A stretch of 64,000 nt of DNA from Marsupella aquatica. Taxonomy: Eukaryota; Plantae; Marchantiophyta. Position numbers and translations under genes: made by a program. The DNA is taken from NCBI GenBank assembly GCA_973895155.1, contig OZ316891.1:16457651-16521650 (forward strand), read 5' to 3'. The notes under the pieces are model-generated. The model saw only the letters and a program-made list of their open reading frames with translations. It made no database searches and had not been told where the DNA came from. Positions 48,182-62,434 of this stretch are shown here, in pieces; the first letter of the stretch is position 1, and each line of letters opens with the position of its first letter.

Positions 48182-51100
48182 AGTGGGCGCTAGTAGTATA
48201 TGAAGGATGTAACTTTGGAATAATCAGCATCTATGCGCCCAATTCGCCCAGGAGGAGGGCAATCCTCTGGAATGAACTCAAACTTGGACTCCCCCCGGCT
48301 TCATGGATTGCATGCGGGGACTTCAATATGACGGAGATGCGGGAGGACTCCACAGGAGACTCACCCTTGATAAAAGGATGTGAGGCTGAATTTTGGAGAT
48401 TTCTGAAGGTGCGATTCAATCTGGTGGATGCTATACAATTCAAAGGAATTGACAAGGGGTCTAGATTCACATGGCGCAGGAGCAGGAACGGGATACTGAC
48501 ACAGTCCCGGCTGGACAGATTTTACTTTAGCAACAATGGGGAATGGATCAAACTGATTGGGGAACTCAAGCATGACGGGGGCTCGGCCCTCTCGGACCAC
48601 GATCCGGTGGTATTGAGCTTGCAACTCACGAGCGGTGTACAGGCTGAGGGTGGTAGGGTGCGAATGACACTGTTCAAAGCGAACCCGGCTCTGGTGAAAA
48701 TTGAAGGCACAGTGGAAGCACTCCAGCGGGCATGGATGGAAGGAAAAGGGGGGTGTACTGAACCAATAAGGGCTTTTGACAAGGCGAGTCGCAATATGAG
48801 GAAAATGTATATTGAGAAGCAAGGGTCACCTAAGCGAAGAGAAGAAGAACTGCTGTTGCTGTGGGATAAATTAAGGTTGCTGAAGACGACAATAATGGAG
48901 GAATACTCTGAAATTGAACTCAAAGAGTACGTTGACACAGAGGACTTACTACATGCTGCGGAGCTGGAGGAGGCTCATAGAGGAAGAAGATTGGCGCGAA
49001 TTAAATGGTTGGGGGAGGGAGACGAACCATCACATTTCTATTTTGCAACTGTTAAGGCTAAGAGAGAACGAGAAGCGATGAAGAGTTTGTTGTTGGAAGG
49101 GGGGGCGGTGATTACAGACACATAATGAAGGAGGTGGAACAAACTTGTCTGGCATTGTTTGCTCCTGGGGCCCCAACGCAGGGGGAGAGGCTGATCTCAC
49201 TAAATGAACGAAGCAGGCTGCTGAAGCATACCAGGGCGGCACTGACCATAGCAGAGACAACCATGCTAGAGAAGCTGCCCACAAACACGGAAATAAAAGA
49301 GGTACTTTGGATGCTCCCAAAGGACAAGGCACCGGGACCGGATGGGCTGTCTGCAAAGGTGTATCAGGCATGCTGGGAATTCTTGCAAGAGGATCTGGTT
49401 GCCATGATACAGGAATTTTGGTTGACAGGGAAGCTGGCTAGTGGGGTCAAGGAGGGGATCATCAAATTCATCCCTAAGAAGGCGGATAAACGGATGCTAA
49501 AGGACTGGCGGCCATTAACCATGCTGAATACAGTGTACAAGCTGATTGCTAAAATTCTGACTCGTAGGCTGATATGCATCCTACCCCGGCTGATCAGCCC
49601 TCAACAGACAGGGTTCATCCCTGGCCGAAACATACTGGAGAACATATCACTGGCATGGTTGACTTTCGATTGGCTGAAGAATAGAAAGTATGAGGCACTT
49701 TTTCTTAAACTAGACTTTGAGAAGGCATTTGACCGAGTAGACCAGGGATACATTTGGGAAACTATGCACTTGCTCGGTATCAGTAGCAACTTTATCAAAT
49801 TGGTGCAGGCACTGATGCAGCACGCTACATCCAGGATACACCTGAATGGTATGCTTTCAACTGACATTGGGCTCCAACGGGGGGTCAGACAAGGATGCCC
49901 CTTGTCTCCTCTCCTTTTTGTGATCTCAACACAACCATTGATGGATTTTATGGATGCTGAACTAGCTGCGGGCAGGCTGGAAGGAATACAAGTTTCAGAG
50001 ATACTAACCATTTGCTACCGGCTGTTCGCGGATGACTTGGGGATGTTCATCCCGGCAAAGGAGAGAAACTTTCAACAGGTAACAGAGGTGGTGAAATGCT
50101 ATGAATTGGCAACAGGGGCTCGCCTTAACTTACGGAAATCCACTGTGATACCACTAGTAACAACAACGCCACGGTGGCTCAGGGATACTGGCTGTGTGAT
50201 CAGTGGTAGGGGGGAACTCCAGAAATACCTCGGAGCTCCACTGGGGGTGGACCTGAAAACGGAGCAGCTGCACAGCTATGTATTGGATAAGATTGGACAA
50301 AGGCTCTCATCCTGGGCCAACAAGATGTTGACATTCACAGGCAGAACTCTGCTTATTAGGCACATTTTACAGGCAATACCAGTATATCACTCGATGTTCC
50401 TAAAGGCTTCTAATGCGCTTGCAAGAAAAATGACTGCACTTTGTCGAGACTTTCTGTGGGGGTATAACAAGGAGGGAGGTAGGCGGGTACCACTGGTATC
50501 CTGGGCTTGCATCTCTCGCCCTAAGTCGGAGGGGGGACTTGGAATCAAGGATTTCAGAAGCCATTCGGATGCATTACTCGCCAAATGGTTTACTGGGGCA
50601 CTGGATTCCCCCAGATCGGAATGGGCCTACTTGTTTGCTGCGAATTTGAAACTGATTGGATGGGCCAACTATAAGGTAGTAAGGAGAAACAACTACACAT
50701 TTAGGGACAAGATGCTACTCTGCTACCCGTGTGCACTTCATGGTCTAGCATATACAGGTGGGCTTTGGAAGGCATGGGAACTGCTACGGGTGAATCTGAT
50801 ATTCTGCTCCACGGATCGAGTACCAGGAAGATGGGCAGTAGGGGACACAATCAGGTGCTTGAAAGGCTTTCAGGCATGGAGCAATGAGGACATGGCTGCT
50901 GTCACGAGGCTCTGTGGGCGACTGGGCATTCGGTGTATACAGGATCTGTGGGCGGAGGAGAGACAGGGTTGGAGAATGGTGAATGAGAGACGGGAGAACC
51001 TGAGGGGATTTTCACTAGAACACCGTAATCTGGGAAGGAAATTCATAGAGGCACTTGTGAGCATCAGACAGTGTGTTTGGGGTTACGAGCCTGGTCCTCG

Positions 51101-51802
51101 ATGCTGGTGCTGGGCAGACAGTCCGGATCCACTGAAGAGCTTTGGAATCCAGAATAGGAGAGCTTATAGGATTATCAGGACTGAGTGCAGCGACACCCCC
51201 AGTCTGAACAAAACTTGGGGGATCTCCAAGACAGCGGGAGAGTGGAATGTAGGATGGACTGGTATATGGAGATCTGGGTTGACTATGAGGGCTAAGACTT
51301 TCTATGGAGGATAATTGCATCTGGTCTGTATACTGGAGTGAGGGCGATAAAGATAGGTAAAGGAACTGGTGAGTGCAAGCTGTGTCCTGGGATTCTAGAA
51401 ACCATTCCCCACCTCTTCATTGACTGTGCACATGCACAGAAATGCTGGGCTTTATGTGCGGGTTGTTTTGATGGTGCATTTGCGGATCGCTTTGGAGGCC
51501 TGATTGGGATGCTTGACTCTGCTATCGGAAGGAACCCATGTAAAGTAGCAAAATTGTTTATGCTATACCAGATCCTCTGGACACTGTGGAATGGCAGGAA
51601 CAAGCACATGTTCAAGACAGAGGGAACCAGAAAGCTGGACCTGCGCTTTATGCTCTCTGAAGTGGCGGACCATGTCTCTGCTGTGATACTCACCTTACCG
51701 GCTTGTAATAGGAGAACGAGGCTACTTAGGGCCAAGGAGATGGTAAATAGGGAAAGGGTGCTATGGATTAACCGGAGGGATATCTGGATCACTTCAGGCT
51801 AG
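48181..51802 (+). pseudogene. L1 ORF2: AP endonuclease (N-terminus missing), reverse transcriptase, zf-RVT
   Basis: SIYAPN, GDFNM, SRLDRF, SDHDPV (EN); KAPGPDG, LDFEKAFDRV, GVRQGCPLSP, LFADD, KYLG (RT); CKLC...ETIPHLFIDC; frameshifts at ~49125 and ~51310. Confidence 0.93.
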
Positions 51803-52762
51803 AAGTAGAGCTTGTTTGAGGTGGATGTTTTGTAGATGATGAGGGCTCTGTCTATCAAGGGTAATAGGATAGGTTGTTGGGCTGCCCCTGGATGCACTCT
51901 GGGACTTGAGACACTTGCACTGCTGGCTGCTTGGAATATTGGTGTCCCCTTTGCTGATGCTTCTTATTTCTGATTGTTCCCCTTGCTGCGGGGCTTCTGT
52001 GGCTCAAAATTTATAAAATTAAAATGGATTTAAGGAAAATGTTTTTAAATGGATCACTTTCACTCCGTAGCTCCTTTTTACCTTTCCACAGCCCCAGGGA
52101 GATATGACTCCCCTCATATATGCTTCTAGAGACCTGCCACCCCCGGACCAACTTTGGTCCCCAAATTTTGGCCCCCCACCTGGACCCCAACTCGCATGTC
52201 TGGGCGCGCCACCAACTGGCAATGCCCATAACTTTCTAGTCAGGCGTCCGCAAGCGGAGTGTCTTAGCCCATTGTGATCGGGCCGACCCAATGCTCATGC
52301 CTAGGCCCTCAGATCTCATTGCCGCTCGGGGCCCCCGATCGGCCAAAACCGGATCGGGCCATAACTCACGCCCCAAGCGTCCGTTGCCCAGGAGTTGGCC
52401 ATGGGCCCAAGAGGAGCTCTCACTCAAGCCCTCAAAACTCAAAGTCCATCTGGGGGTCTGGACGCTCGACCTTGAGCCCGGCCCCTTTCCCCTTGACCCA
52501 ACCAGCCCACAGCTAGTCTAAGTCCTTAGTGTGTGTCACTTGCTTAGCGCCTTGCCTTTGCCAGTGCCACGCCCCATTGCCCACAAGTCTCCCCATGCTA
52601 AGTCCTCCCCGGATGGCCTATCCAGGCCTGGATCATAAGGGACCTCGGCGTTGGAGTCAGCGACGCCGGAGCTGAGTGTCAAGGTAGTTGAGTTTTGCGA
52701 CTGTATTCAATCAAAGGGTTAGCAAATGTTGCATACCCCACAACCAGAGTCAAGGGGGAGTT

Positions 52763-53128
52763 TGTTAGGGTTAACTCTAGTCTTGGGTCCGGTCTTGGGT
52801 TAATTGATACTTAGGCTAAACCGCCATTAGAGTCACTGTTCATGGCGATTAGCCACAACTCTCTAGCATATAGAGGGGCTAGGGAGAGATGCTCTTGCAC
52901 TCATGCTCATTGTTGAGGGAGCTAGCTAGGTGCTAGGAGGAGAGCTTGTGCAAGGAGACTTTGTGTGGCCATGGTGGCCAAAGTTTAGTAAAGATCTTGT
53001 GTGTTCCCGTGAGAGTAGCCTTGACAAAGGGGAACCACATGTCTCTTGGTGTCAATGTGTGCACACTTGGTGTTTGTTCTTGTGGTTGTTTTGTCACAGT
53101 TTTTTCCAACATGAGGATATACCCAACA
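52763..53128 (+). mobile_element. Possible Ty1/copia 3' LTR preceded by a PPT
   Basis: CAAGGGGGAG polypurine tract (52751-52760), then TGTTAGGG...CCCAACA inverted termini and a TATA-like CATATAGAG. Confidence 0.5.
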
Positions 53129-54216
53129 ACAAGAAGTGGATTTATTGTAACTCTCCACACCAAAAGCAATTTCTCACAAAAAAATTGATTGTCACAAAGT
53201 CAGCATAATAGAGCCTTCATAATAGGCCACACAAGAATCTAATATCAAATTACTCAAGAATCCATCAAGAATAAGTTCAAGTTGAGACTCTAGATGGATT
53301 CAGAAGTGCATAAAACCCTTAGATCATTTCCTAGTCATCAAATATGGAAAGAAATGCATGTGGGGGAAAGAATAGCAATGGGATGGGCGACGTCTCACTT
53401 GAAGTTATGCACCAAATTTGGTGCTCCAAATCTTGCTAGTTTCCATATACTCACATAGTTTTGGCCATCATCATTCATAGTAGTGGGGTTCAGCGGAGAA
53501 GAGCCTTGATAAATCTGGCGCTCCACATCTTGCTATTTTCCGAATAAATCTATCAATGTTGCTGGCCAAAATCGCACCATCCCAAAGACAACGTCAACTC
53601 CAAAACTGCACCATTGCGGAGGCAACCTCAACTCCATTGATGACCAAGAAGACCTCTTCTCCTCACATAAATATCCCAATCAAAAATCCCTACCCAAAGT
53701 GTCAATAATTGTTTGCTCTAGACAATCTTGAGGTATAATGGTGATCCTCAATAAGCAAGGGATCTTGAGGTAAAATGGTGATACTCAATAATCAAGGAAC
53801 TCACTATAAAGATTCTCAACTATCATTAGACCCTCACACAAATGTAAAAAAAGTTGTTAGCTATAGTTGATCTTGAGGGAAAATTGAGTCTCTTAATTGC
53901 CTAAAAAATTCGTCATAGCAATTCCTCACCATCAAGAGACCCCAATCAAAAGTTTACACTATTGTTGGCTCTAGATGATCTTGATGTAATATAGCCTCTT
54001 AATTGCCACGAAAACTAAGAAAGCTTCACTATCAAGAAAGCCTCATCCAAAGCTTAACAAAATTGTTGTCTCTAGGTGATCTTGAGGTAAAATGGTGGCG
54101 TCTAAACTTCCAAGGATGTGGTCAATCTCTCCCAATTCTCACGCCCATCATTCTAATACCCATAAGTTGTCAATTTAGTAAATTGTAAGCTGGGCTTTTT
54201 ATAGCCATACACTTTT

Positions 54217-54463
54217 CATTTTCCATAGCATACGGAAGCATCCAGCCAAGCATGTCAAAGACTCTGACTTGAGCACATTGGGTAATGTTTCATTTTGCGC
54301 AAGGATGAGCAATGTGAAGGAAAGAATTAACGATTGAGCCCCCATTTTCCATAGGATACAAAAGCATCCAGCCAAGCATGTCAAAGATTCGGACTAGAGC
54401 ACATCCGGTAATGTTTCATTTTGCAAGGATGAGCAATGTGAAGGAAAGAATTAAAGATTGAGC
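54217..54463. repeat. Two-copy ~125-bp direct tandem duplication
   Basis: CATTTTCCATAG...GCATCCAGCCAAGCATGTCAAAGA...GGAAAGAATTAA..GATTGAGC present twice. Confidence 0.85.
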
Positions 54464-55400
54464 AGGGTATAATGACCGTGCCAGCAATCAACAAAATGTT
54501 TTGCTGTTAAGAGGAGAAATGTTGTTCATACAAGCAAAAATCGTCTCATAACAATAATTGGTTTACTCATAACAACAACGAATTTTCTCATGGCCAGAAC
54601 TATAGACTTGTAGTTCCCAACAGTCAAATCGGATGTGAAATCATTCTCGATATCTGGGAGCTACCGCCATTTGCTAATCATTCATGCAGCCCCAGAGTGT
54701 GCAACACCTTCAACTGGGGAAGCTATTTTCTTCCAAGCTCTTGTAGATAGATATCGTTAGTAAGTACCTTACGACTGTCATAATAAACGAGTACTATGCA
54801 GCGCCTGTAGATGTTTTTTATAAATACTTTACAGTTGTGTCAGATAGATTTGAAGAGTGGGGAAAAAAATTCAAAATTAGAATTTTAATTTGTACACCAT
54901 CCTCTGGGTACACGGGTTTCCAGCTCCCTCACACACCAACCCGTGTCTTGACCATTAAGAGAAAATCCTCATATTGAACTGACAGATCATCATCCATACT
55001 GAAAGGAGACCATCTCTATGAACGATGGATCTCACTACTCACGACGCCCTCTTGAATCGATCGGACAAAACTAACTACAGCTGCCTCATTATTATGAGCA
55101 ATATGGGTTCTGGCGTCTCCTTCTCAGACTTAGGATACGTTCTTTTGCTTGGCCAAGGCTTCATTCACGATTCAAAGGGTAGTATCCATCTGAAAGTAAA
55201 CTGCAACTTCAAGATACCTGGAAACTCCAATTGCAGCATCGAAAAGACTTGGCCCTGTAAATCTGAGGAACTTAGGCGTTATCCACAGAATAGTCCCTCA
55301 GGTGTAACTCTGGTCCATGACGATCAATGTGCCCCCATATCGGAGACGAAGTTTAGGGTTAGCAAAATGAATAATTTGACCTGTTTGGAACAATCAATAT

Positions 55401-58400
55401 TTACAGCTCCAGGGGACTGATAAGAGCATTCATATTCAGAGCAGCTGAGTTTCGTTGCTCTCTTTGAAATTCAGAGGATTGGAGTTTTTCTGAACCTAGC
55501 AAATTCGTAAGGAGCTTTCTCTTGACTTTTACAGGCAATTTTTCTGGCGTGACCGAGGACCCAACAGTAGCAACTTCTTTACCCGACGCTAATGAAGATG
55601 ACAGACTTATCCTTGGATCAGGCTCAGCATTAGCGTATGATACATCACTGATCTGTGGCCGGTCCTTCAGTATTTGGCCAGATTTACCTTTTCTCCAGGA
55701 ACAACAATTGTTGCCCTTCAGAAAGCACCCTTTATGATAAGGTGAATGACATGACTGGCATCTGGTTATGCCCTTTTCCTGGAAAGCAGAGGACAATACT
55801 TAGTTAGATGACCATAGATACACTGTATGCTCAGAAATGCCCATCCTTTGATTTATGCACCATCCCCGTCCTTCCATTTCAAAACGAGGCACTGTAGTTA
55901 CAGTGGTTAGCCAACAAACCTGATAAGGGTATATTACATCAAATGGATCACAACAAAGCTCCCCAGCCCAACAAGCCTCTCCGAGTTCTCGACAGGCAGA
56001 GCACTCTCTTGTGATGTGAACGGACAACTTGAGCAGAAGCGCTTGCATATATCCTGGTAAAACTGTTACACCCACAGCAACATTGGAAGGTATCAAGGTG
56101 AGCTTGGCAGACTTCACTACAATAGCTTAACCACCACGGTCCCCAAAGCAAAACCTGGTGGATCCAGCTTACCAAAATTAGGCATTAATGTTCTTAAGAA
56201 AGTAAACAAGTGCACTACTTTGTCCTCCCCTAACCTGGTGGACAGTGGAGGGCCACAGCAACTCAGTATCAACAGCGACTACAGATGTGCTTACTGCTAC
56301 CCAATCCATTCCAAAGAAAATAGTCATCTGCACTCCATCCAGCCCTGAGATCCAGAGGAAAAATCCTTACCTATCAGTCTACACCTGACCAAGACAGTAG
56401 TATAACTAGACCATGTGTAATATTATTGGGTATGCAGCTGCAATCTCTGGTTATTGATCGTGCTTCAATGCCGTGTGAACATCGACACATGAGTTCGTTC
56501 CGAGTCTCGATAACGTCCTTCGACTAGTTCTATGGATTAGACAGCAAGATTAAAAGTACTGCAGTCTTTGAAGGAGACATGCAAGGTACACTACTAGATT
56601 GACCCAAGAACTCTTACCGGCAAAGGCTCCTTTTGATAGGTCTGCCAAGTCACGAAGCGCAAAAAAGTCATTGCTCTCGAGAAGGTAACGCCGTGATCCC
56701 ATCATTGCCTGAATTCTTGCACGGGCTGGGCAGCGAATGCAAACTAACATTTTACTCAGGCTTCTTCTTATATCTGTAAGGAGGGCCAGCACTGGTACCC
56801 TCGCATAAAGGTAAGGATTCACAGCACTTACACACAACATAGGCTGCACAAAACCACAGGATCATATTAACAACCGCCCCACAAAAAACTTCCTTGATGG
56901 TACCATCCAAAAGACAGCATGGATCAAACAGACATGATCTAGGGCGGCAAGTGGCACCCAAAAACAAAACAAAAACGAGTATTAGTCAGATTGCGCAGAA
57001 ATGGAAAAGAAATATCTGGTGTAGGGACCCACTTTGTCATATATTGAGTCCAAATATGCCTTAGCCAATTGGGATACATGGCGTGGTGTGAAGTCCCACC
57101 GTTGTAGCACCCAAGCAGGTATGACTGCACTTTCATTTAGGTGACACGTAGAACAGAAGATTTGACCACTATATTCACAAAACCTTGGTCCAGTCCAGCC
57201 CCAATTCTGTACAAGTTCTGGTAAAAGACCGAGCGCTAATTCCAAATGCTTATAACAGCCAGCACAAGTAGAATGTTGAGCTTGAAGCTGTTGCTTCAGT
57301 GATTTCTTCTTCTGAATCTGTACAATCAATCGAATAGTTTTGCCAAATACCGAAGCATGACCTCCATCATCTGAACTATGACCATCCTCTTTACAGGTCA
57401 AGGGGTCCGATAAGGATGCACCATGCTGAGAGGCGGCGAAGTCATCTACCAGCACATGCAATCCTAACTGACCGTCTCTGCTACTAGTTCCAGAAACCTG
57501 CTGCGACGTCTCAATCACCCTATCAGGAAACAAGAACCTTAAAAGCGGAGTGGCCGTACTCAGAGGTGGTCCAGCTTGAAGGAGCGACTGCAAGCAGACC
57601 TGTATGAGAGCACTCCGTACTTCAACAACACCTGGAGAAGTGTTTCCAAAAATCTTGCGAGACTCAGCGTTCACCTTTCCCCATGGGGTTGGAAGATGAA
57701 TAGCGCCCTTGTGGGTAAACAACTGTAGAAGCTGGTTATGCAACGCAACAAAATCACGGTATCTCCTATGGCTTTCCCAATCATAGCCTCCCCCATAAAC
57801 TTTGATCCGATAGATTGTATGTTCCTTCACGCCTACAACTCGGTCTCCGAAGGAAGCCCCTCCCCGCCGTTGCAATGCACCAACAACTTCAGCCCAGTCC
57901 ACTTCATTTAGATTGGTTGGTGATTTTCCTAGCTGTCTCGAGATTGATGCAGGCTCACTAGAAGTAGAAGCATTGACAGTGCCATCTCTAGCAGGACGAT
58001 CCCCTCCTGGTGACACAGTTTTCCCACCTTGTAATATTCGGGCTCCAGCTCCCTCTTCTGCGTCAAAGAGTATGTCCTCCATATCTAATACCGTATCTAT
58101 GTACGTCTCCTTCACTTCCAACGCCTCCACATACCTCGATAGCTGAAGAAACATCGAGTGAACATTCTCTCAGATACATCTGCTTCAATCATACAAAATA
58201 TTCTACTCGTGCGTATGACCACATCGGCAAACCCAACGACTCATACAGACGCTCATAAAGAGGCGTGGATGCTTCCACGATACTTGGCCTGAACTTGTAA
58301 TGAGCTAACATGACGAGGGAGGGCAGTACTATCTCCTCCTGACCTAGTTCAGTAACATGTTATGATTCCCACTACCTCTGGAAGAAACAATCCAGGGAAA

Positions 58401-60674
58401 ATATACAGTAACACAGTTGAAAGCTTTGAGAGCTCTGGCAGCTAATCAAATTCCCTGTAAGAATTCAACCATTCAAGTGTGAATGGATACGTCAGATCAC
58501 ACATCTGATCAATCGGGAATGAGCAATAAAAATTTGCTTCAAGACCTACACAGAATGTGACCGAATAAATCAATAAACCATAAGTCATTTTTATGACTCT
58601 CGCATGCCCAGGAGAGTTTACTTGCAACATCTCTTCCAGCATTCCCAAACAATGCGAGAATAAATATTTGAACGTTAATCACATTAATATTAGCATTTAC
58701 TGGACACAGAATGGAACGTACGAGGACCACTTTCCAGTTCTACAAAAGTCAATTGGAGCCTGTCGGATATATGCATGCATACTGGCACAATTGACACGAT
58801 TACTTATTTCAGATTCATACCTCATCAGGACCCAAATCCTCTGCAGCCCAGTCCACACCAGCTCTTTTATAAATAGGTACTGGTGACCGTTTTGAAGATG
58901 GTTCTAGACGAGTGTACACTGCCTTCCCTATTTTTGCAACATCCATTTGTAGCAGCTCCTCTGCTTCTTTCGAGCCGAGACGGACAATGACGCCTTTTTT
59001 CCTCGAGCTATCTCTGGCAATCTCGGACAAAATTTCCACTTGGTCACGATCTTCGTCTGGCACGTCATGGGATAGCATGTGCTGCATTTTATGAATACTC
59101 GGCTCCAGGTTCTTCTGCGGTATCAAGTTTTGTACGTTCCCTACTCCTACACCTGTATCTTTGCTCCCGTCTGAAGCTTGTAACTTCATATCCGAACTTG
59201 ACTCAGTTTTAAACATTTCTGGTAGCTGGACAAATTGAATTCGAGTACTGGAAGTACCATGCAGAAATCCTGATTCATCGGAAATTCTCCCATCTTGTTG
59301 TAAATCTGTCTCCGGGGTAACCTTAGCATCTACATGCCAAGACAGTCTTTCATTGACAGCAGATCGGAGGTTACCCTGGTCGCGCTCATCAATCTGCTCA
59401 TATACTTCAAACTTGTCATCTGACTGTTCTCTCGGCGACATACCTCGTATCCCAGATCCAACCCCGCAAGTACCCTTTAAATCGTTATCTTGAGTAAACC
59501 TGCCATCTAAGAACATATCATCCTCTTCCAAGTCAGGTCTAGTGCGTCCACGTACTCCGCAACCATCTAGAAACGTAGTTGTGGCTGACTGAGCATTGAG
59601 CCCCTGTTCGCCTGTCCCAAAGTCATACTCGGCGTCATCAAGATCTGGTCTTCCTGTGCCCCTCACTTGCATAGTGTTCCTTGGTAAACAGTCCAATTTC
59701 GGCCGATCGCTCAGATCAGCGTATTCAACACCATTATCTTCATCTGTGGCCGTTGGGGTATCCACTTGAATGCCATCGGCATCATGCTTTTTCACGTCGA
59801 CCCAAAGACCTGCAGAGCAATCTATTTCAACTTCATGCTCGCGCAAAAACTCCCTCAAGTCGTCGCCCCCAAAGAGTGCTGCATGTTCAGGATTTGACGA
59901 GAGCCAGTCTTGATTGTCACGGTCTTTGGTAACCTCTTGACAAAAAATTGATTGAGTCGTCTCGTGACAATAACTACCATCAATTTCTGATTCACTCCCA
60001 TCTAGTGACCTGTAATCGGATTTCTCATTCGTATCATTTGATCCGTTCTCAAAGAAAACATTTCTTTTGTAGGTTTCCTTCATTCTTTGCGACTTAAACT
60101 TGCTGCGATCTTCGATTGACAGCAGCGGGTAACTTTCCTCGATAAAAAAAGAGAGGGATTCATCCTTATATTTGTTTCTATCGTTCCAAAGTTTCGTACT
60201 TTCAAAGTCAACGGTATTTTGCTTCCGTTCCACTCGAACAGATGAGCTGGGGCTTACATTCCTCAATGTAAAACTGCTGCTTTTGACAGAATTTCCACCT
60301 TTTTCAACTACTGACCCGACAGATGTGACTGCGGTCTTATGATTACCTCCTGCATCATTATTGGCCACTCTAAACCCATCATCGTTCGCAAATTCGCTTC
60401 CCCTAAGTTCGTTCTCGAGAACAGTAGTGATATTGTGTCCATGCACAGCGTCACTCGTGCTGTTGGGATCATTAACACCTGATGCACTTCTTTCAGAACT
60501 TTCAGATGGTAGGCTCATCGGCATTAAACCACTTGGGTTTCTTGATTCTGCTTCCTCAAGCTGCTTGGTCCTTCCTTCACTCACAGATGACGTTCCACTG
60601 TTCTCTGAGAAGAAGCCCTCCTGAGATAAACAGCACCAACCTAAACTAGGCTCTGAAGTCTGCTGCTTTAGCAT
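55401..60674 (-). CDS. Host gene: PX (Phox) domain + Rubicon-homology Zn domain protein (PLEKHM/DEF8-like plant family), about 5 exons
   Basis: Exons ~60674-58821, 58142-57032, 56842-56618, 56117-55921, 55778-55401 with GT-AG ends; PX: HTIYRIKV...WESHRRYRDFVALH; RH: QHSTCAGC...PRFCEYSGQIFCSTCH...IPAWVLQRWDF...CSACRELG...RCQSCHSPYHKGC. Start codon uncertain. Confidence 0.88.
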
Positions 60675-62434
60675 GCTCACTCCTCAGCAGAAGCCTCTTT
60701 CTGCTGGTGCCAATCACGTGTTTACAAAATCAAAATCTTCTCCAAATTGACAAGCGGACTAAAGCAAGTGATAATTCATTGAGTTGATCCAAAACTCGTC
60801 AGTATTCCCGTTTTAATCACCTCCTCAGTCTTCGTAGGGCCCTCAGAACGAAACAAGATCTGATCGACAGCCCTGGCCACAGCTAGTACCCAGACCTAAT
60901 CAAAATTTGCGTTGATCAAGCTGGCCAGACAGAAGGGCTCCGTTGTCGTGATGAAGACCGAAAGAGCGCCGTTCCAATTGCCTAAAACATATGGAAAATT
61001 TTACCGGTAGTCCAAAAAAACCAGCCGTTTAGGCGTCCATCCTCCCTTCCGACTCCATGGGGATGCTTCTACCATAAACTCAGAATAGTCGTAATCCAGT
61101 AGCCACAAGCTTCCCTCCTCCATCAAAAGCTATTTCACCACCTTTTCTGGAAGACTTCTTAGGGAATTCCTCAACTTTTACTTTCGCACACGCCCTTCGG
61201 GTTAACGGTTACGGGATGTGTTAGATGGGACCAGCACCGCTGAAACAGCCATTTCGTCCCAACCTTGAGTCCCAAGGCGGAATACGGCCAGAGTAACAGG
61301 TCATGTACAAAAGTAGTGAATTAAATACCTTGCTTCGGATCCGACAAGCAGAGAAGAGTTGGACTAGACTTATCCGCAGTACATCATCATGATTCTAGAG
61401 TGAAGACGATGATACCGCTCTCTCTCATTCTCCTAAACGCCCTTCAGACCTAAACTCCTGTCTAAGCCTCACCTTTGCAACTCTGTTTAGGTTGACTAGA
61501 CATGAAATCTAACAGCTACTTTCCATCCCCGGCGTGATACGGTAGCGGCCGTTGTCACGCCATTCCCAAAGCTGCTCAGAATTTGGATCCCACGGCTCGG
61601 CCTCAGCTGAACCCTACAGAATCACGAATTCGCAGGCGAAAGAGATACCGTAGTAGACCGTCTGTCAACTTCTATCAAGTTATTTCCTTTAGAGCCGACA
61701 CTAGAACCAGCCCAGACGGCAGACTTGCGCAGTCTCTCTCCTGGTTACTCTGCCTTGTGATTCGGTCCTCCAGTGATCGTCAATGACAACTTTGACTGAA
61801 TTGTCTTACAGATCGCTGGAGCCTTAATCTACAGAGAAAATAAATCTTTCTCCCCTCAAGAGATTGATGGGTAAAATTTTAATAGGGCTCAGCATCCTTC
61901 TACCCTGCAAATCAGTCCCCGAGCATAATATGAATCATTCAACTCTGCGGCTCCACATAGGTTCCGAGAAAATCAAAACCGAGGCTACTTTTGGCTGAAA
62001 TATGTTTTTGGCTTTGCGATGGGGGCCCAAAAAAGGCCTCCCAAATACTTTGTCAAAAATAATACTAATACTAGAACTGCTATACTGGATTACAATACAA
62101 GACTTTACATTCCCACTGGTCCGCTATATTGAGAGGTCCGGCAGCATTTGGCCGGGATGCCACCGATATACTCCCCCACTGGCACCCGTAGCCCTAATCC
62201 TATCGGCCCGGTCCCGCCTTTTTCACCTCTTGCCACAGCACTGCGACAGTGCAGAAGCTCCAAAGTTGCACAACATCCAGTTGCAATGGCCCAGATTACC
62301 TAGTCCTGCCTCCATCCAACGGTTTCAGTCATTGCTGTTCCCACCATGGTCCGGCGTTGCAAGGACCTCGTGACTCCAATCCTGCAATAGAGTTTCCCTT
62401 GCTTCTGCACTGTCGCATCGCACGAGCTTCTGCA

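Larger units (their letters stand above)
45572..52018 (+). mobile_element. Near-full-length L1 LINE with 12-bp TSD
   Basis: TTAAAATGGATT at 45560-45571 and 52019-52030; ORF1 + ORF2 layout; short A-rich 3' end. Confidence 0.9.

Noticed and set aside
55025-55420. 131-aa plus-strand ORF
   Set aside because: Antisense to the 3' end of the PX gene, with no recognisable motif.
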